A stretch of DNA of 64,000 bases from Planctomycetota bacterium (GTDB taxonomy: Bacteria > Planctomycetota > UBA8108 > UBA1146 > JAJFFE01), in the NCBI GenBank assembly GCA_046154185.1, contig JBJXGE010000070.1, positions 129,935 to 193,934 of the forward strand, given 5' to 3'. Shown here piece after piece: positions 19,457 through 28,412 of this stretch. Positions within the stretch are counted from its first letter, which is position 1; the number at the start of each line of letters is the position of its first letter. The notes beneath the pieces were generated by a model that was not told where the DNA came from, did not search any database, and was given only the letters and a program-made list of their open reading frames with translations. The position numbers were made by a program, and so were the translations under genes.

Positions 19457-22249
19457 ATGTCACGCATCTTGAATATCGATGCACCGACTTTTCTCCGCTC
19501 CCCACGGCTGCTGATTCGACTGGCTGCGGTGCTCTCGGTGATCGCAGCGATTTGCGCGGATCTGCCGGCCGTTCACGCCGGTGGCTGCGTCTTTCGTCTC
19601 ACCAGTGATCTATCAGGTGGCACGACCGCGCTCTCGACCGTGAAGCTCGACAACTCGTGCGGCGAAATTGAAGGTTGGTCATTCGGAGTGTGCTTCGGCG
19701 ATGCGCCGATCAATATTCAGAGTGTTGAACCGACGCCGCTCGTGGCGACCGTTGCCGGTGGCGGGCCACCTGCGCTTCAGTCGATTGAGATTCATGCGGA
19801 GGGATTTACTGTCACGACAGTCATTTCGCTGGCTGGGCCGGTGACCGGTATGACTTTGCCGCCGGGCATTGACTATCCACTCTATGTCGCGACATTCTCA
19901 AGTGCCGTCGACGCGCTCGCGGAGATTTCGATCTGTGGCGAACTCGGTACACCGCCAGTGCCGATTTTGGTGACGACTGAAAGCGGCGACGAAGCGGCCG
20001 CTGTTGGCGCTGCGCAGCACCTCGCGTTCACGCATTTCCCTGCGATGAACGCACCGTTCCAGCGCGGAGATTGCAACTCGGATGCCGCGATGCAGGTTTC
20101 GGACGCCGTGTTTTTGCTTGAGTGGCTGTTTCAGTCCGGCGCGAATCCCGAGTGTCGCGTGGCGTGCGACGTGAATGATGACAACGGTGCCAACATCAGC
20201 GATGTCGTATTCTTGCTCAATTACTTGTTCGCGAGCGGACCGACACCACCCGCTCCATTTCCCGCTTGCGGCGTTGATCCGACTCCGGGAAGTCTACAAT
20301 GCGAGACGCCGCGATGTCTGAGCGCGCCAACAAGTCTGAGTTACTCGTCGCCTGCGGCGCAGTACTTCGTTGGCACCGCGATACCACCAAACATTCCAAC
20401 GGTGGCAGGCGCACCGGCCGAGATTTTTCTAGTAACGCCGCCGCTACCTGCCGGAATCTCGCTCACACCGGATAGCGGAGTCATTATCGGCGTACCACTC
20501 ACAGCCGCGACGACCAACCACACTGTTCTCGCTGCCAATCTCGCCGGCGGAGTTACAACGACGATTAGTGTGGTTGTCATTGATTCGACGGTGCCGGCCT
20601 TGGGCTCAAATCAGTTTTATCTGGGTCCGACACTCAACGTTCGACGCTACGGACACACAGCGACAGCGCTCGCAGACGGGCGCGTGTTGGTGGTTGGCGG
20701 CACGGATGAGAGATTCTTCACGAGCCTCGACACACTCGAAATTTTCGATCAAGCCGTGGCAACGTCACCGCCGCCGCCGTCATTAGCCGGCGCTTTTATC
20801 GACACCGACTTTTTGGGTAATCCGTTGACTCTTGATACCGGCGGTCGGGTCGGACATACCGCAACCTTGCTCGCGGATGGGTCAGTCTTGATCGCCGGAG
20901 GGACGAACGATTTTCTCGTCGCCGACGCATGTAGCGACAGTCTTGTCTTTGACGCAATAACGCGAACTTTCGCGTCCGACCTGCAGCCGCTGAATACCAT
21001 GATCTTCCCGAGATTCCGCCATACTGCGAACCGCCTACCCGATGGGCGGGTCTTGTTGGCGGGTGGCCAAAGGGCAGTGATCGAGACGATCATTGATCCA
21101 AACTTCCCTCCGGGCAGCCCGTTTTTCCAGTTCGATATCACAGTATTCCCGTCGACCCGTACGGTCGAGTGTTTCGATCCGGCGACGCGCTCCTTCGAGC
21201 TTGCGATCGATCTGCTGGGACAGCCAACCGAAATGCAATCGACGCGCGGACGCTTCGGCCATTCCGTTGTCGCTATGGCAGGACTCGACGGTGAAATCGA
21301 CACGATCGACGATGTTCTTCTTTTTGCCGGTGGCACTCAGACGCTTTCGGCGATTTTCGCGCCGCAACTAAAATTTCCGGGACAACCCGAATCTGTGGCG
21401 TTGCCCGGCGTCGAATATTACGACCTCGCTTCCGGCGTGCTCGCGTTAGCGCCGGGGGGTGTCGTCATCCCGCGTGTGCGCGCCGCGCTGCTCAATCTCG
21501 GGTCGCATGCACCTAGCACGTGGGACGGAGTAGCAGGGGTTAACAATGTCGCACTCGTTACCGGCGGCGACTCTGATGTCGGAATTTGCCTGGCAGCAGT
21601 GCCGTCGTCGCAGATCGTATCCTGCACATTCACCGGTTTCGGTCCTGCGAGCGGAATTCAGTTTTTCGTTTTCTCACCGATCTCTGCACAAGCGGGCCGA
21701 GAGTCGAGCATCGCAACATCGCTTCAGTGCGCGCACGGTCGAGCCTTCGCCGACTTTGTCGTGCTGCCAAATCGCCGCGTGTACTCCGGCGCCGTCTTCG
21801 ATGGCAATTGGGTATTCACGGCCGGCGGCGTCCATACTGCGCTGACGCCCGGAGGCTGTATCGAGATTGCAGAGGGACTTTGCTTGAGCGAATTGCGAGG
21901 CGCGAGTTTCTTCGATCCATTCTTCAACGCGACTCTGGCGGCACCGTGGGACTTGGCCGCGACGAGTAGCCCGCAAAACCCAACTGGGGTCGTCGGGAGC
22001 TGGCTCAACGGCGACGCAGAAATCCCGGATGCATCGCTTATCGGGTATGGCGATGGATCCGCCCCCGCGCTGTTGAACGTGCCGCGCGTATATCACACGA
22101 TGACGGTCATCCCCGGCGAGGACAACGTGCTCGGCACGATTGATGATCGTGTCGTTGTAATCGGCGGCGGAGATACAGCGCTCGGAATCATCGGCGGCGC
22201 ACCCGTGCAAGCGAGTTGCGAAATCTACGTTCCACCCGCGGGACCTTGA
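19457..22249 (+). CDS. Multidomain secreted protein: cohesin-like region, internal Cys-rich dockerin-like module, He_PIG-type Ig domain and Kelch/galactose-oxidase-type repeats
   Basis: ATG at 19457 with GAAGGA upstream. Signal/TM segment LLIRLAAVLSVIAAICADLPAVHA. The dockerin-like module lies at nt 20057..20320. The Ig-like segment is LPAGISLTPDSGVIIGVPLTA. Kelch-type repeats include GHTATALADGRVLVVGG, GHTATLLADGSVLIAGG and RHTANRLPDGRVLLAGG. Confidence 0.7.
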   Translation: MSRILNIDAPTFLRSPRLLIRLAAVLSVIAAICADLPAVHAGGCVFRLTSDLSGGTTALSTVKLDNSCGEIEGWSFGVCFGDAPINIQSVEPTPLVATVAGGGPPALQSIEIHAEGFTVTTVISLAGPVTGMTLPPGIDYPLYVATFSSAVDALAEISICGELGTPPVPILVTTESGDEAAAVGAAQHLAFTHFPAMNAPFQRGDCNSDAAMQVSDAVFLLEWLFQSGANPECRVACDVNDDNGANISDVVFLLNYLFASGPTPPAPFPACGVDPTPGSLQCETPRCLSAPTSLSYSSPAAQYFVGTAIPPNIPTVAGAPAEIFLVTPPLPAGISLTPDSGVIIGVPLTAATTNHTVLAANLAGGVTTTISVVVIDSTVPALGSNQFYLGPTLNVRRYGHTATALADGRVLVVGGTDERFFTSLDTLEIFDQAVATSPPPPSLAGAFIDTDFLGNPLTLDTGGRVGHTATLLADGSVLIAGGTNDFLVADACSDSLVFDAITRTFASDLQPLNTMIFPRFRHTANRLPDGRVLLAGGQRAVIETIIDPNFPPGSPFFQFDITVFPSTRTVECFDPATRSFELAIDLLGQPTEMQSTRGRFGHSVVAMAGLDGEIDTIDDVLLFAGGTQTLSAIFAPQLKFPGQPESVALPGVEYYDLASGVLALAPGGVVIPRVRAALLNLGSHAPSTWDGVAGVNNVALVTGGDSDVGICLAAVPSSQIVSCTFTGFGPASGIQFFVFSPISAQAGRESSIATSLQCAHGRAFADFVVLPNRRVYSGAVFDGNWVFTAGGVHTALTPGGCIEIAEGLCLSELRGASFFDPFFNATLAAPWDLAATSSPQNPTGVVGSWLNGDAEIPDASLIGYGDGSAPALLNVPRVYHTMTVIPGEDNVLGTIDDRVVVIGGGDTALGIIGGAPVQASCEIYVPPAGP

Positions 22250-22441
22250 AGCCATCCCGCGATTGACTCGGCTATTCTCTCGCCGCGTCGGCCGTCTCTG
22301 GGATCGTCAGTCTCGCGGCCTGACGATTCAAATAGTCGCAGAACGGGGAACGTTTCAGCATGCGCGACCGCGACAAGTACCAACGCGCCTACCCAAAACA
22401 AGGGTGAACGAGTTTTAGTCCTTTCGAGCCTGACGGCGCCC

Positions 22442-22966
22442 TCAGTGCCAATGCAGTCCGGTTCCTTCCAGAGGATTCATCGCTGCTCCACGATCCTTAG
22501 TGAGACCACTCACTTTGGTCCACCACGTTCGGTACGCGGTAAGCACAGGGTCATGGTTTCTTTCCGATGCAGTTGTCCACGGTTCCTCCTTGGCCGCGTT
22601 CCCAAAGCAGAGCGGATTCAATGACGCGAACTGGCCACCCTTGCGGATCCCTTCCACAAGCCACAAGGCGACCATCCCTTCGCTGCAGGTCGACTGCGAC
22701 TGGGAGGACAAAGGGTTGTGCGGGAAGCTGATAAGAGTTTGTCTGCTATCGGCGAGTGCGAGGAGGGCCGGGATGTGGTCCCACGTCAGCTCCGGAAACA
22801 CCGGCGTCGTGTAAGCGCCGTTCCGCATCGAGTCGAACAGCGAACGGACCGCAGCAGTTCGGACGGCGCCGAGATCCGACCCATGGTTCGGCGGCGACGG
22901 TTGGCGAGTGCAGCCTGCCGCGAGAAGGAGCGCAATCAATATGAGGACGGATCGGAACTCTGACAT
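22442..22966 (-). CDS. Hypothetical lipoprotein
   Basis: Signal peptide with lipobox LLAAGC. No recognisable domain. Confidence 0.5.
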   Translation of the reverse strand: MSEFRSVLILIALLLAAGCTRQPSPPNHGSDLGAVRTAAVRSLFDSMRNGAYTTPVFPELTWDHIPALLALADSRQTLISFPHNPLSSQSQSTCSEGMVALWLVEGIRKGGQFASLNPLCFGNAAKEEPWTTASERNHDPVLTAYRTWWTKVSGLTKDRGAAMNPLEGTGLHWH

Positions 22967-23287
22967 GTTGGGGGCCTCCTTTGCAAGAAACGTCGGCAGC
23001 GCACGCGGTGCCGATCAGTTTGCAGCTCCGATCACGTCGGATGGGTAACAGGGATGTAACGACGCAACGGCGACTGGCGGCGGTGGCCCGCGCCAAAACC
23101 AGCGCGACGTCCGCACGACGGTAGCGAGGATTCTGCCTGGGTGGTTTTAGCGTGAGCGGGATTGTCGTTGCGGCGCTGCCTCCCGTCATACGCCGGCCGA
23201 AGTTGCATAAGCGAACGCTTCCGATCCGTGATAGAAAACGCCGGCGCTAGAGGCGCGCTCGAACTCGTTTCCGAACAGGAGGATTCG

Positions 23288-24562
23288 ATGGCGATTCGTT
23301 CCCTGTTTGTTCCCATCGGCGCGACGGCGCTTGCTGTCGCGCTGGGTACTCTCACCTTGCCGGACCACGTTGAGCAAGAGATCCAGTGGCGCTCGGACCT
23401 CAAGGCTGCGGCGTTGATTGCTGCGCGCGAAGGACAACCGCTGCTGCTGGTCTTTCGCTGAGAAAAATGAAGGGATTGCGCTCCCTTTGACGAGCAGTTG
23501 GCTCGTCCATCCAGCGAGATCGTGGCATTGGCAAAGTCCTTTGTCTGCGTGCGCGTGACCGACATGCGCGAGGTCGATCTTGCGCGCTGGCGGTTCGATT
23601 TCGATCTTACCTTCGCGGCGTTGACGGCCGATGCCGATGGAACGGTGCTGCATCGCTACGGCGGGCGAGCGGCCCACGATCCACAGTCGGCGCTGTCCAT
23701 GCCGTCGTTCGCGGCCTTCTTGCGCGAGTCGCTTGCGGATTGGCGAACATACCGCAAGGATCCGCATCCGCCGAGCCTCGGACCCCCGCGTACTATCGAA
23801 GCCGTACCGGCATTCAAGAACCGCCAAAACAAGAAAGCGGGCGAGTGTGTGCATTGCCACACCATTCATGATTACGAATACAAGCAGGCCATCCTCGATC
23901 GATCGTGGCGCAGAGAACAAATGTGGAAGTTTCCCGACCCGGCGCGCCTCGGCATTGAAGTTGCCCGCGACCAACAGACTCGAATCATCTCGGTCGCTGC
24001 CGACTCCGCCGCGGCCGCAGCTGGAGTGCAAGTGGACGACTTGATTGTCAGCGCCGCGGGAAAGCGCATGGCGACTCGCGCCGATTTGCAGTGGATTCTC
24101 AACGGTCTTCCCTTCACGGCAACAGAGTTGGCGCTCGAACTCCGCCGCAATGAATTGCCCGTGGCGACGACCCTAAAACTGCCCGATGGTTGGAAGACAG
24201 CAAGCGCTTATGAATATGGTTGGCGACCCTTCAAATGGAATTTGCCGCCGCATCCGGGATTCGGCGGCAGCATTCAAGATGCCGACACAAAGCGGTCGCT
24301 CGGCTTGAAGGAAGACGAGTTCGCCCTGCGAATCGATTATCTCGTGACGTGGGGTGACGACGCTCGCACCGGCGAGAACGCCCAACGCGCCGGACTTAGA
24401 AAAGGCGATCTGTTGGTTTCTGTCGCCGGTAAGCGCGACTTCAAAAGCGAAAACGAGTTCCAAGCTTGGTACCGGATGACATCAAAGCCGGGGACGGTCT
24501 TAGATCTCATCGTGCTGCGCGATGGCAAGCGCAAAACGCTGCAAATGACCGTCATTGAATAG
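23288..24562 (+). CDS. Thioredoxin-fold + tandem PDZ secreted protein, candidate selenoprotein with two in-frame UGA (U-x-x-U) codons
   Basis: ORFs 23162..23461 and 23498..24562 are in the same frame and separated only by TGA at 23459-23461 and TGA at 23468-23470. The translation is ...AAREGQPLLLVFR*EK*RDCAPFDEQLARPSSEIVALAKSFVCVRVTDM..., which has a thioredoxin-like (DUF255/Thioredoxin_7-like) layout. The signal peptide MAIRSLFVPIGATALAVALG starts at 23288. Two PDZ domains lie in the C-terminal half. Confidence 0.55.
23489..23507 (+). promoter_or_regulatory. SECIS-like hairpin downstream of the tandem UGA codons
   Basis: GACGAGC-AGUUG-GCUCGUC forms a perfect 7-bp stem with a 5-nt loop containing GU. 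It lies 27 nt after the first UGA and 18 nt after the second. Confidence 0.4.
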
Positions 24563-24623
24563 CGCTGCTGCGATGCTAGTGAGTGTCGCTGAAGAAGACG
24601 CAAGCATCGGAAGTGAAGCAAAC

Positions 24624-24666
24624 ACGAACTCGCCGGGCGCCGGCCGTCGGCGCCCGGCGAGTTCGT
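24624..24666. terminator. Bidirectional intrinsic terminator between convergent genes
   Basis: An 18-bp perfect stem, ACGAACTCGCCGGGCGCC / GGCGCCCGGCGAGTTCGT, with a 7-nt loop. GTTTATTT follows on the plus strand. Confidence 0.6.
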
Positions 24667-24668
24667 GT

Positions 24669-26228
24669 TTATTTCGGTGAGGGTGTCGGCGTCGCGGATT
24701 TCGGCATACCGGTAGTCGTGAGCCACTCGCTCGCCCACGCGGTCACGGCGTCGCCGCCGGAGCCGCGCATGGTCTTGATGAAGTCGTCGAGCATCGGCGC
24801 CTTGCCGGCGAACTTTGCGGCAAACGCCGCGAGCCCGCGATCGAATCGTTCCGCGCCGATGCGCTCACGCAACGCACGGAGCGCGAGCGGTCCCTTGGCA
24901 TAAATCACTTCTGAATAGCGCGCAGAACGAAACGTGGCGTCTGCAATCGCATCCTCGGCGCCGGGATTATTCTGATAACGCTCTAACCAGCCTTTGGCGA
25001 GCTCGTTGGCATTGGCGACGCCGCGCGCCTCTTCAATAAATAAGTATGCGGACATCTCGGCAAGCGACTCCTTGAGGAACCGCTCGCCGCGACCCGAGGC
25101 GTTCACTTGCCCCCCCCACCAAAGATGCGCGACCTCATGCGCGACTTTCTCGATTCTGGCTTCCCGCCCGTCGAACAGCACCGCGTCGTAGACTGAAAAT
25201 CCGTCGGCTTCGTAGTTGTACGACCGCTTGCGATTGCGAACGCGCATCTCCGCGATTCCGTAGGTCGCGTTCTGTACCTTGCCGAAACGCGCTTCGAGCG
25301 ACTTCAGCGCTTCGAGCGCGGCCTTCGCCCAGAGTTTGGCGCCGGCCTGGTGCTCCTCGAACGCCAGCGCGCGCACTTGGAGCGCGCCATCCTTCACCGT
25401 CTGCGCAACGTACTTGCCAGCGAGTATCGAGCCTTTGATCGCGCGCTTTGACTCCCATTCATGCACCTCGCGACCGTTGGCACTCGCCTTCCGACCGCGC
25501 AGCTCCCCGGGACCGAGACTCTCGAGTCCGGCCGGCAGCGTCAGCTTCAACTTCATCGGGGCTGAGAGAATCGACATGGCGCGGTCGTCGCGCGGCAACA
25601 CCGGATACCACTGCGCTTGGTGACTCATGCGAATCTCAACCGCGCGGACGAGCAGCACTCCCATCCAATCGGGGTCCTCGGGTCCGGGATCGAGCGCCTT
25701 ACCGCGATACTTGATCACGAACTCGCGTCGCTCGCCTTTTCGCACCGGCGGCTTCAGTGTCAGCGTCACCTCGCGGCCCTCCGCGATTTCCTTGCCATCC
25801 TTGAACGCAACCGGCTTGCCCTGACTCTCAATGGCGGAGATCGTGAGCAGTCTATTCAAACTGAGTCGCGCTTCTTCGACTGAACCAGCAACAGCATGTA
25901 GCTCGAGTCGAGCTTCTCCGTGAATCTCGCGCGCGTCCGGCTCAATCTCGAGCGCAAGGTCGTAGGCGACAATCTCGAGCGGCTCGGGGTCCGCCGCCAC
26001 TAGAAGCCATGCGCAAATCACAAACGTCAGCACCGTCACTCCTCCGCGCTTTCCAACGCGCGCTCCTTTGCGAGTCGTCGTTCGTCCATCGCTTCGCCGT
26101 TCAGCGCGCGTGACTCTCCTCGGCTCGAACTCAGCGATGTGACCGTGGTTTTCTAATACAGCGAGCGTCGCTCGGCAAGGTTGCGATACGTAGTCGATCG
26201 ACGGAAAGCCGACGGACGTGGGATCCAA
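24669..26228 (-). CDS. M1-family zinc aminopeptidase
   Basis: HEXXH-type motif HEVAHLWWG and GAMEN-like GIAEM upstream. The N-terminus has a hydrophobic anchor. The start codon is uncertain. Confidence 0.7.
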   Translation of the reverse strand: MDPTSVGFPSIDYVSQPCRATLAVLENHGHIAEFEPRRVTRAERRSDGRTTTRKGARVGKRGGVTVLTFVICAWLLVAADPEPLEIVAYDLALEIEPDAREIHGEARLELHAVAGSVEEARLSLNRLLTISAIESQGKPVAFKDGKEIAEGREVTLTLKPPVRKGERREFVIKYRGKALDPGPEDPDWMGVLLVRAVEIRMSHQAQWYPVLPRDDRAMSILSAPMKLKLTLPAGLESLGPGELRGRKASANGREVHEWESKRAIKGSILAGKYVAQTVKDGALQVRALAFEEHQAGAKLWAKAALEALKSLEARFGKVQNATYGIAEMRVRNRKRSYNYEADGFSVYDAVLFDGREARIEKVAHEVAHLWWGGQVNASGRGERFLKESLAEMSAYLFIEEARGVANANELAKGWLERYQNNPGAEDAIADATFRSARYSEVIYAKGPLALRALRERIGAERFDRGLAAFAAKFAGKAPMLDDFIKTMRGSGGDAVTAWASEWLTTTGMPKSATPTPSPK

Positions 26229-26257
26229 TGCTCGCGTTCAGTGCACGCCGGCCCGCA

Positions 26258-28156
26258 TCACTTCGGCTCGAGCGTCAGCACGCCGCGTTCGCTGTCGAGG
26301 TCGACGCGGAAACTCTGCAGGAAGTTGAGGCCGAGGAGGCCGAGGCCGGGTTGCTCGGGCAAGTCGTGGACGAGGACGCGCACGTTCCGCACTTCCCAGC
26401 CGCCGAGTGAAATACTGTCGAGCGTGATATCGGGCGCGAGCACGACGCCGCTGGCCGTGCGCACCTCGAGGCGCCGCATCTGCGCCGTGATGCGAATGCC
26501 GAGCGCGAGCGCGGCCGAATACGGAATCGTCGTGATCGTCGCGCCGGTGTCGACGATGTAATCCTGCGCGACGCGACCGTTCAGCACTGCGCGCGCCGGA
26601 ATCGAACTCGAACCCGGTTGAAAGCGCAGCACGATCTTTCCCTGCTGCCCCTTGAGTTCCGACACGCGCGCCTTGAGAAGCCCGACGCGATCGGCGAACT
26701 CCGCCGGCCACGCACGTGCGCCGAGCAAACGGTCCGCCTGTTGCCACTGATTCTCGTGGAGAGTGAGCTCGATGCCGCGCAGAGCGATGTCTGCATCGTC
26801 GGGATAAATCGCGGCGGCGCTCGCATACACTTGCCAGGCGCGCGGCCAATCGCCAGCGTTCATCAGGTCGTAGAGCCAACGGGCATAGAGGCGCACGAGT
26901 AAGAGATCGAGTTGGCGTTCGGTCTCGCTGCCGCGCTCGATCAGCTCCGCACGCCAACGGCCTTCGAGCTGAACCGCCGCGTCGGCGCCATACGCGTTCG
27001 CCCAACTCGCGACCGCATAGTAAAGCAGTGTGCCATCCGCCACCGCTTGGATGACGCGTTCCGTCAGGAGTTCCGCTAGCGCCGAGCGATCGCGTTCGAC
27101 GAGCTGACTCGCGTCCGCGAGCAACACCCGCAGCACCGCCTCGGGTCGCAAATGCGCCGGTGTTTCCTCGAGCTCTAGCCGCGACGCGCGCGCGAACGAC
27201 GCGATCAACGCTTTGAGACGCGACGTCGCATCGACTTCTCGCAGCGCGATCGCCTGCGCCTCTTCGCGACCGCCCGCGAAAGTCAGCTCGTAAAACTCCT
27301 CGATCGTCAACTCGGCAGTCAATCTCTCGCCGGTCGGTCCGCGATAAAGCCACGCAACCACTTCGACGGGATCCGTCCCAACGAGGAACACCCAACCGAC
27401 GATCGCACCATCCTGTACGAGCGCGCCCGACGTCGCGACCTCGACATCGGCGCGCGTGAAATATCCCTCGCGACTCGCGACGCGCGGACGCAAGGACACC
27501 GGCTCCGCATCGCGTCGGTACTCAATGAACTCGACTTCGCCGCCATCCCACACTTCGAGTTGCGGGAGCGCCGCGCGCGCACTCGCAGTGAGCGGTCCTT
27601 CCGCCAGTTGCCAGAGCGCCGCGCTATCCCCAACTCGGTAGAGTCCGTTCTCGAGCGCGTCGACGCGACCTTCGATCTCGAGCTTCCATTTCGTGCCGCC
27701 GATGAGGAATCGCCGTGGCGCCGCCATCCATCCATCCGCCGTTACCGCGAGCGGCAGACTCGCGAGTCGGCGACCCCACGAGTCCTCGACGACCAACCAA
27801 CCGAAGCTCAATTTGATGCGCGGACGATCCGCGTCGACGCTGGCCGCCGGCTTCGCTGCCGCGTCGTCGGGTTTGTCTCGCTTGGCGCTATCGCGCGCTT
27901 TCGAATTCTGCTCGGCGTTCTTCTGCTGCTGCAGCTCCTCACCACCAACGCCGCGACCGTCGTCGCGCGCGCCCATCCACTTCAGCACGCCGAATAAGTT
28001 CGCGAGCCCGATCACCACCGTGATCACCAACAGCACGACCAACCATCGGCGCGGCCCGCGCGCCGCGTTACGTGCGTTCAAGTCGATCGGCGCTCCGCAC
28101 TGATCACAGTAGGAAGCGGACGTGTAATTGTGGCTCAAGCACTGCGGGCACTGCAC
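26258..28156 (-). CDS. Membrane protein with N-terminal zinc ribbon, TM helix, TPR-like middle and C-terminal retropepsin-like aspartic protease domain
   Basis: MQCPQCLSHNYTSASYCDQCGAP zinc ribbon, a TM helix (LVVLLVITVVIGLANLFGVL), and the C-terminal YIVDTGATITTIP (DTGA active-site motif). Confidence 0.65.
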   Translation of the reverse strand: MQCPQCLSHNYTSASYCDQCGAPIDLNARNAARGPRRWLVVLLVITVVIGLANLFGVLKWMGARDDGRGVGGEELQQQKNAEQNSKARDSAKRDKPDDAAAKPAASVDADRPRIKLSFGWLVVEDSWGRRLASLPLAVTADGWMAAPRRFLIGGTKWKLEIEGRVDALENGLYRVGDSAALWQLAEGPLTASARAALPQLEVWDGGEVEFIEYRRDAEPVSLRPRVASREGYFTRADVEVATSGALVQDGAIVGWVFLVGTDPVEVVAWLYRGPTGERLTAELTIEEFYELTFAGGREEAQAIALREVDATSRLKALIASFARASRLELEETPAHLRPEAVLRVLLADASQLVERDRSALAELLTERVIQAVADGTLLYYAVASWANAYGADAAVQLEGRWRAELIERGSETERQLDLLLVRLYARWLYDLMNAGDWPRAWQVYASAAAIYPDDADIALRGIELTLHENQWQQADRLLGARAWPAEFADRVGLLKARVSELKGQQGKIVLRFQPGSSSIPARAVLNGRVAQDYIVDTGATITTIPYSAALALGIRITAQMRRLEVRTASGVVLAPDITLDSISLGGWEVRNVRVLVHDLPEQPGLGLLGLNFLQSFRVDLDSERGVLTLEPK

Positions 28157-28412
28157 AGCCGGTCGACCTCAAGCGTGGTTGGCGCATGCTTCGGTTGGGT
28201 GGAAGCGATCACGGGTTCGTCAACAGTATATATCGGCGTCCTGCGCATCGAATGTGTCACTCGCGACTTTGACGCCGCGCGCGCCCTCGCGGCGCGGCGC
28301 TAACTCCCGGCATTGCTGGCACCAATGCGCCTTGCTATCCTCCCGCGTCCGCGCGAATTCTGCGTCCGCGTAACGACTCGCGGCGCCCGCCCACGCAAAA
28401 GGCTTAAAGTCC

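Noticed and set aside
26238-27395. 385-aa ORF on the minus strand overlapping the zinc-ribbon/protease gene in another frame
   Set aside because: Arg/Ala/Gly-rich low-complexity translation typical of an off-frame ORF in GC-rich DNA. The overlapping 26258..28156 frame carries real domains.
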